Shown in pieces: positions 8,828-16,948 of a stretch of DNA of 60,836 nucleotides. The DNA is from a virus (Duplodnaviria; Caudoviricetes). Both the position numbers and the translations under genes were made by a program. Numbering within the stretch: the first letter of the stretch is position 1; each line of letters starts with the position of its first letter. Location of the stretch: IMG/VR virus record IMGVR_UViG_3300020005_000005, positions 1-60,836 of that record. One strand, written 5' to 3'. The notes under the pieces were generated by a model. The model did not search any database. It was not told where the DNA came from and worked only from the letters and a program-made list of their open reading frames with translations.

Positions 8828-9484
8828 ATGGCTCTTCCTGTTATCTATATAATAATTTCTCCAACTAACCGTATTTATGTCGGTCAGACTCGTGATTTTG
8901 AAAAACGAATAAGTTATTATAAAAGATCTAAATGTAAGGGACAAACACTATTGCACGCGTCTTTGAGAAAATACGGCTGGGAACAGCACACGTGTGAGGT
9001 AGTTGTCAAAACCAGGGCAGAAATTCCTCAATGGGAACTAACTCTTTTAGAGCAAACAATCATGGATCATTACCGCTCGGAGGGTTATGAATTGATGAAT
9101 CTAAAGGAGGCCGGTTCTTGGGGTAAACACTCGGAAGAAACAAAATTAAAAATGAGCGTTTCTCGCAAGGGTACCTGCCTCGGAACAGATCATCATAATT
9201 TTGGTAAACACCCGTCCAGAGAAACTCTTTTAAAAATGAGCCTCATAATGAGAGGTAAGCACAAAGGATCAAAAAGTCCGTCAGCCGTGCCTGTGTGGCA
9301 ATGTGAAAAAGACGGCACAAAAATAAAAAGATGGGAAGCGATGGCAGAGGCAGCAGAAGGCTTAAATATTAAATACACAAACATATCCAGATGTTGTAGG
9401 GGAACCAGACTTACTGCGTACGGATTTGTGTGGAAATATACAGAACCAAAATTACCCATAGTAGCGAAACACACTACTAGGTAA
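8828..9484 (+). mobile_element. Free-standing GIY-YIG homing endonuclease (NUMOD3 + NUMOD1-like)
   Basis: VIYIIISP...IYVGQT; GKHSEETKLKMS; ISRCCRG...TAYGFVWKY. Confidence 0.85.
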
Positions 9485-9490
9485 CCAGAT

Positions 9491-9505
9491 TGGCACGATT
9501 TTTGA
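9491..9505 (+). promoter_or_regulatory. Sigma54-type -24/-12 motif
   Basis: TGGCACGATTTTTGA, intergenic. Confidence 0.75.
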
Positions 9506-9534
9506 TCTAATTAATTGTTAAAAATAACACTTTT

Positions 9535-9669
9535 ATGGCAAAAACAAATTCAAAAAAGAAACCAAAAAAACTCTACAAAGGAGTAGCCTGTGTCGTTCCT
9601 GGAAAAATATATGGAGGCGGTGTAGGTGTGCCGGAAAAGAATATTGACCTAGAAGGTAACCTGATTTAA
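9535..9669 (+). CDS. Small basic protein (44 aa, absent from the ORF track)
   Basis: MAKTNSKKKPKKLYKG...DLEGNLI; downstream of a promoter motif and abutting the next ATG. Confidence 0.55.
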   Translation: MAKTNSKKKPKKLYKGVACVVPGKIYGGGVGVPEKNIDLEGNLI

Positions 9670-9670
9670 T

Positions 9671-10015
9671 ATGTGCGTAGTTTCAAATACAGGGGACTAC
9701 TGGGGGCAGAGATTACATCCTTGGTCACCTTATACACCACCACTTCCTTACATTCCACCCGCTCAGATGCCCGATATAACCAAAATCGTCATTAATCCTA
9801 CCGGGCCTACCAAGGATGACTTTGACAATTTAAAAAAAGAGGTACAGATCATGAAGGAGCAATTGGCCCGTGCCAAGGAGTACGACAAAGCCAACGGAGA
9901 ACCAGACTGTGAGATAGAAGACAAAATGGCATTTTTAAGAGAAGTGGCCAAATTGGTTGGTATTGACTTGGATGAAGTACTTAAGAAAGACTCCGCAAAC
10001 GCCTCCTTATCCTAG
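9671..10015 (+). CDS. Hypothetical phage protein
   Basis: MCVVS...KEYDKANGEPDCE; Pro-rich linker plus coiled coil. Confidence 0.7.
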   Translation: MCVVSNTGDYWGQRLHPWSPYTPPLPYIPPAQMPDITKIVINPTGPTKDDFDNLKKEVQIMKEQLARAKEYDKANGEPDCEIEDKMAFLREVAKLVGIDLDEVLKKDSANASLS

Positions 10016-10024
10016 AGAGTTTTT

Positions 10025-10039
10025 TGGCACGGTTTTTGA
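10025..10039 (+). promoter_or_regulatory. Sigma54-type -24/-12 motif upstream of the tRNA
   Basis: TGGCACGGTTTTTGA; predicted +1 near 10051, adjacent to the tRNA 5' end. Confidence 0.75.
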
Positions 10040-10051
10040 TCATATAATAAC

Positions 10052-10129
10052 CGCGCGGTAAGGAAGTGGTCTATCCGCCCAGGCTCATAACCTCGGAATC
10101 GTTGGTTCGAATCCAACCCGACGCAACCA
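10052..10129 (+). tRNA. tRNA-Met(CAT), initiator-like, with structural irregularities
   Basis: Anticodon loop CTCATAA (CAT 10086-10088), T arm GTTGG-TTCGAAT-CCAAC, encoded CCA, C1:A72 mismatch. Confidence 0.85.
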
Positions 10130-10142
10130 GACATTTAAAAAA

Positions 10143-10672
10143 GGCACGGCAGAACAAGATCTCACAACTTAATCCTCGGATTGATCTCAACGCACTGCCG
10201 TGCTGGCTTCCCACGAGAAGCCAAGATTGATTTCGAGGATTATTTTTTGCCCTTTGGATAGGGAAGGATCTCTCCTGTACTGTTACCAGAAACAGCCTCT
10301 AAACCCTGGCACAACCCGATACAAGGGCGCCGTGTCGTCCGCGTACAACAAACCGTACGCCGACCACGTTAAAGAGTTTAATTGAGGAAATGGGCCTTCT
10401 ACTACTTGCTACCCGCCTCGGCCCATACGGTACACCTCACGATAAGATAAAGGGTACTCAAGATAGCAATCCTCTATAGGGGGTAGGGGGTTGCTACTTG
10501 CTTATCCACGGCGCCCGTAGCCCCTCGCTTCGCTTCGTGGCGACGTGTAGAGCACCGCGGGGACGTGATCAGCCCCCGTTTCCTTCTCTAAGAGATAGAG
10601 CCACACGGTGACAAGCAAACAGGTATTCCCCTCAAAAAATAGGGGAAGGGGAAATGAAGGGGGCACGTCCCG
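10143..10672 (+). ncRNA. Candidate large structured non-coding RNA
   Basis: No credible ORF; more than ten complementary segments including 8-10 bp perfect long-range helices and a pseudoknot (see findings). Confidence 0.55.
10346..10374 (+). promoter_or_regulatory. ECF-sigma-type motif, copy 4 (inside the structured region)
   Basis: CAAC(10346-10349)-N17-CGTTAAAG. Confidence 0.35.
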
Positions 10673-10740
10673 ACAGGATGCTTGATTTTAATAAAAAAAC
10701 GGTCGCGGAGGTCCGCCATTTTCAAACTAAAGTCTTAGTT

Positions 10741-10875
10741 ATGAGCAACCTTCATCTCGACAGGCCGGATTTAATGCTTACTTATCTAGTTGCTTCCGTC
10801 CTCGGATCTATAAGCATGCACTACGTAGCAATGCGGTTTTTCGAGAAAAAGGGCACTAATCGTGTAGTATCATAG
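10741..10875 (+). CDS. Small membrane protein or gene remnant
   Basis: LMLTYLVASVLGSISMHYVAMRFFEKK hydrophobic helix; start uncertain. Confidence 0.35.
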   Translation: MSNLHLDRPDLMLTYLVASVLGSISMHYVAMRFFEKKGTNRVVS

Positions 10876-10882
10876 GTCCGCA

Positions 10883-10910
10883 CAACCTTTATAGCCCAAA
10901 TACGTTAAAT
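10883..10910 (+). promoter_or_regulatory. ECF-sigma-type promoter motif, copy 5
   Basis: CAAC(10883-10886)-N16-CGTTAAAT, intergenic, upstream of ATG 10936. Confidence 0.65.
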
Positions 10911-10935
10911 AGGATAGGGTCAAAACAACAAAAAT

Positions 10936-11205
10936 ATGCCAAAAACAGTCACCTTTAAAGTTACACGGGAGGATCTGAAAGGTTATTATAGTGATAGTCA
11001 AGATTGTCCCATTGCTTTAGCTGCCAAAAGATATTTTAAAAAACCAGTATGGGTGACTGCCTGGTACCTAAGCATACCTGTGTGGGGTATGCGATATAAA
11101 TTGAATAGAAGTGCCTCTAGCAAAGCATACGCCAGGGGAAATAATTCTTTATGGGGTAAGTTAATGGGCGGCTTCGCAGTAGTTTTAACTGAACTGCCGG
11201 AATAG
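10936..11205 (+). CDS. Hypothetical protein
   Basis: 89-aa ORF with DCPIALAAKR. Confidence 0.6.
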   Translation: MPKTVTFKVTREDLKGYYSDSQDCPIALAAKRYFKKPVWVTAWYLSIPVWGMRYKLNRSASSKAYARGNNSLWGKLMGGFAVVLTELPE

Positions 11206-11388
11206 GTGGAAAGAGGATCTGTTATTGACAACCAGGAGCAAAAAATCGATGGAAGGATCAAGGTGTGGGTAACAGTCAAGAAAAAGGACGGGACAAAAGA
11301 GCGCCTTTTTTATTATTGGGACGAGGCCAGTAAGCAGCAGAAATACTACGATAACCTGTATAAAAATCACCCCCCGTGCCCACTATGA
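11206..11388 (+). CDS. Hypothetical protein
   Basis: 60-aa ORF abutting both neighbours. Confidence 0.5.
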   Translation: MERGSVIDNQEQKIDGRIKVWVTVKKKDGTKERLFYYWDEASKQQKYYDNLYKNHPPCPL

Positions 11389-12215
11389 AATATTATGTCT
11401 ATCGTCATATTCGCCCAGACAAGAACGAGCCCCTTTACATAGGCTTGGCTAAGAAAGCGAAGAAGTTTAATACTATTAAAAACGAATACGCACGAGCCTA
11501 CGCTCACAGCAAAGATCATAGAACTGAATTTTGGCATAACATATTTAACCTGTGTAATAAGAAAATTGAAGTTGACATTCTTTATGAATCCGATGATTGG
11601 AAAGAAATCAATGAAAAGGAAATAGAGTTTATAAAACTCTACGGGCGTGCTGATTTGGGTCTGGGCCCCCTAGTAAATTTCACCAACGGCGGCGAGGGTA
11701 ATCATGGAACAATAGTCACGGAGGAAACAAGACGCAAAAGAAGCGAGTCCATGAAGGGTAAAAATACCGGCCCAATAACGGAGGAGCATAGACAAAACTT
11801 AATCAAGTCCCATCTAGGATATAGCCCCACGGAGGAACATCGTAAGAATTTAAGTATAGCGGGTAAAAAACGCTATGAAGATCCAGTAGCGCGTCTTGTA
11901 ATGAGTCAACGAATGATTGGTCGCGTGTTTACCGAAGAATGGAAACAAAACGGTAGTAAGGCTAGGCTAAAATTTATGGCGGAAAATCCTGGCCATTGGG
12001 AAAGCATAAGATTAATCAATGATAGGGCTGTTGTTAAATTAACACTGGCTGGTGAATTTGTTCAAGAATATAAATCACTACGTGAAGCCGCCAAAGAAAA
12101 CGGAATGAAAAGCAGTTCTGGAATTGGTGCGGTTGTAAGAAAAGTAGGCAATAACAAAACGGCGTACGGATTTAGGTGGGCATTTAAAGAGAACTTTGTT
12201 CTATGCCCCAATTGA
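11385..12215 (+). mobile_element. Free-standing GIY-YIG homing endonuclease (second subfamily; NUMOD3 repeats + NUMOD1-like)
   Basis: YYVYRHIRPDKNEPLYIG; LVNFTNGGEG; TEETRRKRSESMKG and TEEHR repeats; TAYGFRW. Confidence 0.85.
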
Positions 12216-12871
12216 AACCACTGGTAGACGCCGACCTGCTTGTATATAGATGTTGCGCTGGCAACAGGGGTCATAACGATTTCATTCAAATGGTGGAGGC
12301 GGCCGATGATTTTATCCAATATATAGAGGGAATGTTTGAGGAGAAAGCCCTACTGTTCCTGACAGGGAAGAACAACTTTAGATATGCGGTAGCAACGCTA
12401 GTACCTTATAAAAACAATCGTAAAGATAAACCGCGCCCCCGTCACTTCCAATCAATGAGAGAGTACTTAGTGAACTTTCACAATGCTCGAATAGTGGACG
12501 GAATAGAGGCAGATGACGCTCTTGCGACGCTCCACAAGGAGGACACAGTACTTGTAACTTATGACAAAGATTTACGACAGTGCAAAGGGTGGTATTTTAA
12601 CACGCTTAAAAACGAACTTATTTATATCTCCCAGATCGAGGCAGACTACAACCTGTACTATCAAATGCTTGTGGGAGATTCCGCGGATGCCGTGCCAGGT
12701 ATAAGAGGAATAGGCGAAAAAAAGGCACCGCCGATTTTAATAGATAAGAATAAGCAAGAAATGGAGGAGGCCGTGATGAAAGAATACAAAAGACAGTACG
12801 GCGACAATGCTAAGAAATATTTTGATGAGGTTTATACACTACTTTACTTAAAAAGAGATTGCCAATTATGA
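12203..12871 (+). CDS. 5'-3' exonuclease (T7 gp6/flap endonuclease-like)
   Basis: VDADLLVY, NFRY, YKNNR, IEADDA, DKDLRQ, LVGDSADAVPGIRGIGEKKA. Confidence 0.9.
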   Translation: MPQLKPLVDADLLVYRCCAGNRGHNDFIQMVEAADDFIQYIEGMFEEKALLFLTGKNNFRYAVATLVPYKNNRKDKPRPRHFQSMREYLVNFHNARIVDGIEADDALATLHKEDTVLVTYDKDLRQCKGWYFNTLKNELIYISQIEADYNLYYQMLVGDSADAVPGIRGIGEKKAPPILIDKNKQEMEEAVMKEYKRQYGDNAKKYFDEVYTLLYLKRDCQL

Positions 12872-13083
12872 ACATAAACGATTTTATTGACAAATGGTGC
12901 TTAGGCCAGTATAGAGAACTGGCAACGCAGGACTTGCTCACGGTGTCTGACACCGAGTACAAGCAGGTGGGACTGGGCGAGATTTTTGAGATTGATGGGA
13001 AGAAGTACCTAATAAGGACGCCGGAAACTGCGACAGAAGACATAAACATACACGGTCAAGTAATTTACCCAGTATTCACATGA
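12868..13083 (+). CDS. Hypothetical protein
   Basis: ATGA-type overlaps with both neighbours. Confidence 0.55.
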   Translation: MNINDFIDKWCLGQYRELATQDLLTVSDTEYKQVGLGEIFEIDGKKYLIRTPETATEDINIHGQVIYPVFT

Positions 13084-13805
13084 AAATTTTACTTAACTAT
13101 AAAAGTTCAGATCTCATTTTCTTCGATATTGAAACAGCGAGGGTTGTGGAAAAATTAATACCAGGGACTCCATTGCACTCAGCGTGGCAGTACAAAGCGA
13201 GGTACCAGAATGAGATGAAGGAAAAACTATCACGCGACGGATCAGACCCCGAAGTGGCGCTGGAGGAATTCTTTGAAGAAAAAAGCCCACTCTACGCGCC
13301 ATTCGCTCGAATTGCTTGTATAGTGGTGGGTAGAATAGACGGAGAGAATCTCAAGGTTAAGACTTACGCTGGAGAGGAGGATCAACTTCTCACCAACTTC
13401 ATGACGGACCTGTCTATGTTTACCACCGCCAGGCCAGGCGCGGCCCTGTGTGGTTTCAATAATATAGGCTTTGATCAGCCAATGATTACCAAGAGATCGA
13501 TGGTCAATAATGTGCAACTCCATCCATTGCTTGACACGGCACACCTAAAACCGTGGGAAATTAATGCACTGGATCTCAGCACATTGTGGAAAGGCGCTTC
13601 CTTTTATCCCGATTCCCTCGTAGCCGTGGCCACAGCACTCGGCTTACCATCGCCCAAAACGGGCATGGACGGCGCCAAGGTTTCTGAAGCCTTTTACGCA
13701 GGTAAAATAGATGAAATTGTGGAGTACTGTAAGGCCGATGTCTTAACAACAGCCAATATTTATAGGCGCTTTTCTCAAAAAAGTTTATTAAAAATGACAG
13801 AATAG
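13080..13805 (+). CDS. DEDD 3'-5' exonuclease (PolB-exonuclease-related)
   Basis: FFDIET (ExoI), GFNNIGFDQP (ExoII), EYCKADVLTT (ExoIII). Confidence 0.85.
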   Translation: MKILLNYKSSDLIFFDIETARVVEKLIPGTPLHSAWQYKARYQNEMKEKLSRDGSDPEVALEEFFEEKSPLYAPFARIACIVVGRIDGENLKVKTYAGEEDQLLTNFMTDLSMFTTARPGAALCGFNNIGFDQPMITKRSMVNNVQLHPLLDTAHLKPWEINALDLSTLWKGASFYPDSLVAVATALGLPSPKTGMDGAKVSEAFYAGKIDEIVEYCKADVLTTANIYRRFSQKSLLKMTE

Positions 13806-13807
13806 GG

Positions 13808-13836
13808 CAACCTTGCGGGCCTGCTTTACGTTATAA
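13808..13836 (+). promoter_or_regulatory. ECF-sigma-type promoter motif, copy 6
   Basis: CAAC(13808-13811)-N17-CGTTATAA fills the 35-nt intergenic gap; ATG at 13841. Confidence 0.7.
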
Positions 13837-13840
13837 CACT

Positions 13841-14290
13841 ATGGGCAAATTGTTTTTAACTCTTTTCTTTGTCATTAGCACGAGTCTCTCAGCCCAGACG
13901 TATGTTTACAGTTATTTACTAACTATAGACAAACAAGGAAAAGCTACCGAGGTGAGAGATTCGTGCGTCCGGGTGGAGACATGGCCATCAATTTCTCATA
14001 AACCATTCATCATCGAGTATCAAGGTAATACATATTACTTCAAGGTTTTAAAGATGAGAGAAGAAAACACAAGCCGCTACTATCATTTGCATCAATCTTC
14101 AACACTATACGGTGTGGCAGATTGTTTAGGTAGTCCCTACTCACTCAGACAGGATTTCAAAGGTAATATTTTTACTCTTTGGATCCTACCTATGCGATTT
14201 AATACCCGCTCCACGATTAATCACAAGAGAGCCTTTATATTTACTGACGACAAAGTAGTTATCAAAACTTTACCCGGATACCATGACTAA
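13841..14290 (+). CDS. Exported protein with signal peptide
   Basis: MGKLFLTLFFVISTSLSA|Q signal peptide, Gln at +1. Confidence 0.65.
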   Translation: MGKLFLTLFFVISTSLSAQTYVYSYLLTIDKQGKATEVRDSCVRVETWPSISHKPFIIEYQGNTYYFKVLKMREENTSRYYHLHQSSTLYGVADCLGSPYSLRQDFKGNIFTLWILPMRFNTRSTINHKRAFIFTDDKVVIKTLPGYHD

Positions 14291-14660
14291 ACTCCTGTTT
14301 GCATTGTTGATGTTGGTTGGTTCCTTTGCTGTTGCGCAGAAGTCTCAAGAACCACAGAAGTTTGAATACTTGATGTATGCGGAACGCTTGGTACACGGCG
14401 ACACAATCACCGGTCAGCCGGAGACCCTAAAAACCGAATCTTTTGTTGTGTTCTACGCTGGAACAATGGATGTATTTACATTCAATTGGAAAGAGACCTT
14501 AGTAAGAGAAAGTAAAATAGCTAAAAATGTCTACCTCTGTAGAGATCACAATGGAGAATTAGCTATCGTTTCCTTCTTGAGAACAAAAAAACCAAGACAA
14601 TTGATTTTGGCTATCCAGACCGGAAATAAGAATTACTGGCTCTTTAAGCAAACAAAATAA
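14283..14660 (+). CDS. Exported protein with signal peptide
   Basis: MTKLLFALLMLVGSFAVA|Q signal peptide, Gln at +1. Confidence 0.65.
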   Translation: MTKLLFALLMLVGSFAVAQKSQEPQKFEYLMYAERLVHGDTITGQPETLKTESFVVFYAGTMDVFTFNWKETLVRESKIAKNVYLCRDHNGELAIVSFLRTKKPRQLILAIQTGNKNYWLFKQTK

Positions 14661-14809
14661 TGAAGAATCAAATTGAATTCTGGCTGGACCTGTTCGTTCG
14701 ACGCGAGATTTCTTACGCAGTGCTTGTCAAGCAGTTGACAAGAATAATAGTACTTGCTTTTGCGGTAGGTGTCATTTTAGGCGGAGTTGTATCTTATGGA
14801 ATCAGGTAA
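14660..14809 (+). CDS. Small membrane protein (49 aa, absent from the ORF track)
   Basis: TAATG overlap; C-terminal transmembrane segment IIVLAFAVGVILGGVVSYG. Confidence 0.55.
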   Translation: MKNQIEFWLDLFVRREISYAVLVKQLTRIIVLAFAVGVILGGVVSYGIR

Positions 14810-15248
14810 CCCAAGTTTTATGTTGATCGAAGAAATTGTTGAAATTTTGAGTGACGCCGGTAAGGTAGGCGTATATGCTGCCGAGGTCATGGAGGATAGC
14901 AAAAACAAAGATGAGACATATGCGCTGGCATGGTTCCTGTATAATTCGCGCCAATTTAAGGACAGTTTGGTTCAGGTTGCTTTTGTACTGGGCGGCAAAG
15001 ATGGCCGCCCAGTATCGGAGTTTTATACAGCCGCACCGGCCCTGACTGATCAGTACTTCACCCTGCACGATCTGCAAGAAAGACACTCGACCCTCCGCGA
15101 CAAGGTTCTGCGCATGCGCTTGGCCTATGAGGACTTCATTAACGAGAACGTGGCCGTCAGGATCCTCTTCAAAGTGGTGGACTCTCAGATGCAACTCATG
15201 ACGTGGGCACTTGGACAAGCCGTAAATGCAATACCCGATGCTAAATAA
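14796..15248 (+). CDS. Hypothetical protein
   Basis: 150-aa helical ORF. Confidence 0.6.
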   Translation: MESGNPSFMLIEEIVEILSDAGKVGVYAAEVMEDSKNKDETYALAWFLYNSRQFKDSLVQVAFVLGGKDGRPVSEFYTAAPALTDQYFTLHDLQERHSTLRDKVLRMRLAYEDFINENVAVRILFKVVDSQMQLMTWALGQAVNAIPDAK

Positions 15249-15612
15249 GCCTAAGTTCCTCAAAATCGTCATTTTGGCACTATTTTTGCTACTTGTAGTA
15301 GGAGGAATCAGTGGATGGATATACCACAGCCGGACTCAAAAACAATTACAGAATGAAAATCAATACCAACAATTACGGTCTCGCCAGCGCGAACTGGAAT
15401 ATGACAAAAGGCTCCAAGCCTCTGAGTTGGAGAGAAAAAGCGTACAGCGTCATTTGGATTCTCTTGCTTTTGCTTTTGATCATCTTGATAGGATACATGC
15501 AGCAGACTCTGCCGAGTTGGTCAAAATAAAAGGTAGGTTTAGTAAGTTAACTGGCACTGAACTCAGCAAGAAAATGATTGAGGAGTACAACAAAAGTTTA
15601 CAGCATGACTAA
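15238..15612 (+). CDS. Membrane-anchored coiled-coil protein (i-spanin-like)
   Basis: N-terminal transmembrane segment followed by a coiled coil. Confidence 0.5.
   Translation: MLNKPKFLKIVILALFLLLVVGGISGWIYHSRTQKQLQNENQYQQLRSRQRELEYDKRLQASELERKSVQRHLDSLAFAFDHLDRIHAADSAELVKIKGRFSKLTGTELSKKMIEEYNKSLQHD
15275..15290 (+). promoter_or_regulatory. Intragenic sigma54-type motif
   Basis: TGGCACTATTTTTGCT, canonical GG-N10-GC, but inside a CDS. Confidence 0.4.
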
Positions 15613-15805
15613 ATACAGGTTTATCCAGGAGAACAAAATCAACGGCGAAGTATTTTACTCCACTGAAAAGGAATCACCTCTTGGTCAATGGACTTACGTA
15701 CCCGACTCCTCAACTAGCAAGCACGGCCAAGGTAAAGCCATTTTTGACCGTATTTGTGGTGGAGTAGCAGCCGGAAGAATTACTCTGGAAACCAAAGAAG
15801 TATGA
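15605..15805 (+). CDS. Hypothetical protein
   Basis: 66-aa ORF overlapping both neighbours. Confidence 0.55.
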   Translation: MTKYRFIQENKINGEVFYSTEKESPLGQWTYVPDSSTSKHGQGKAIFDRICGGVAAGRITLETKEV

Positions 15806-16185
15806 CGCGATATTTTTTAATTCTGGCGTTTTTTCTATTTTTTGCGCCCAGCGGCCAAGCACAGACCACGGTACCTGATCCCGTGGCCGCCTGGTTCTTA
15901 GAAAGAAACGAGGAGCACAAGGTGCTCGATCACGACATTCAAACTTTGAAACTTGAGATTATTAATCTCACCACCCAACGTGATGACAAGGCTAAGTTGG
16001 CCGATAGTAGAGCCAAGGACGTAATCTCTTATGAAGGCAAAATCCTGGAGAAACAAATACAACTCGATCTCAAACAATCAGACATCAAAAGACTGGAGAG
16101 AGAAGTCAGACGACAGAAGTTTGCCAAAATGATATCTTGGATAGCCGCCGGTGTCATAATATTAGCAACAATAATTTATGGCTAG
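15802..16185 (+). CDS. Signal peptide + coiled coil + C-terminal TM protein (possible spanin partner)
   Basis: MTRYFLILAFFLFFAPSGQA|Q; heptad repeats; C-terminal ISWIAAGVIILATIIYG. Confidence 0.5.
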   Translation: MTRYFLILAFFLFFAPSGQAQTTVPDPVAAWFLERNEEHKVLDHDIQTLKLEIINLTTQRDDKAKLADSRAKDVISYEGKILEKQIQLDLKQSDIKRLEREVRRQKFAKMISWIAAGVIILATIIYG

Positions 16186-16321
16186 AGCGAAATCAAAACT
16201 CATATCTGAAATCTTTGAAATCATTGGCGGTGATCAGAGTCGTCATTTTGACTCCCTGTCGGACAAGTCGGCGGAATATTTAGAGAAGTACTTGCGCGTA
16301 GTTAAATCGCTCAAAAAATAG
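16178..16321 (+). CDS. Small hypothetical protein (47 aa, absent from the ORF track)
   Basis: MARAKSKLISEIFEIIGG...; stop directly abuts the next ATG. Confidence 0.5.
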   Translation: MARAKSKLISEIFEIIGGDQSRHFDSLSDKSAEYLEKYLRVVKSLKK

Positions 16322-16948
16322 ATGTTATATAAACTTGTTGCCAGCGAAGATCCGTTTGACCTCAATCCAGGCATTCGCGCAATCGAGGCTTATAACAAAC
16401 TTACCGGTCAGCAGTTTTTTTTCGTAAGCCTAGTGAGCGATTCGGATTGGGACAATCCGGTCCGGACCCTTCCCGAAAAGACCAAGCGCGAGAAGGCGGC
16501 TAAAATAGCCGGTTATGGTATGGAAGGCAAGAGGCCGGACAAGAACGCTCGCAACATGATCAACGGCAAAATTGAAAGTGTTGAGAGAGCCATTTTAGAA
16601 TATCGATCCTTGCAATATGACGAGGACAAAGTTAACCTAGATTTAATCAACACCCAAATTGAGCGTACTCAGACTCTAATACGCGACTATGATAGTAAAC
16701 TTAAAGATGAGAATATAGATGCTCGCTTTGACTACGCTAACAAAGCTATCAAACTTACACTCGAACTCACTAAGTTGATAGAGAAAAAGAAGGAACTCAT
16801 CACATTAATACAAAAGAAGGAGCCGGTGAAGGTTGCGGTCAGTACCTATACAGCCGCCGATCTCACACCACAAGAAGGTGACGAGCCGGACGAGGATGAA
16901 GAAGGAATGAGCACTATCGACAAAGTAATGGCACAAAAACATGACTAA
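16322..16948 (+). CDS. Hypothetical coiled-coil protein (possible terminase small subunit)
   Basis: 208 aa, long helices, acidic tail; function is a guess. Confidence 0.5.
   Translation: MLYKLVASEDPFDLNPGIRAIEAYNKLTGQQFFFVSLVSDSDWDNPVRTLPEKTKREKAAKIAGYGMEGKRPDKNARNMINGKIESVERAILEYRSLQYDEDKVNLDLINTQIERTQTLIRDYDSKLKDENIDARFDYANKAIKLTLELTKLIEKKKELITLIQKKEPVKVAVSTYTAADLTPQEGDEPDEDEEGMSTIDKVMAQKHD

Noticed and set aside
10200-10385. 61-aa + strand ORF in the track
   Set aside because: GTG start, no recognisable motif, and it lies within the densely base-paired region
10143-10672. tmRNA, RNase P RNA or self-splicing intron as the identity of the structured region
   Set aside because: No tRNA-like ends with a TTCGA arm, no GAGGAAAGTCC core (GAGGAAATGGG at 10384 is only partial), and no interrupted gene on either side
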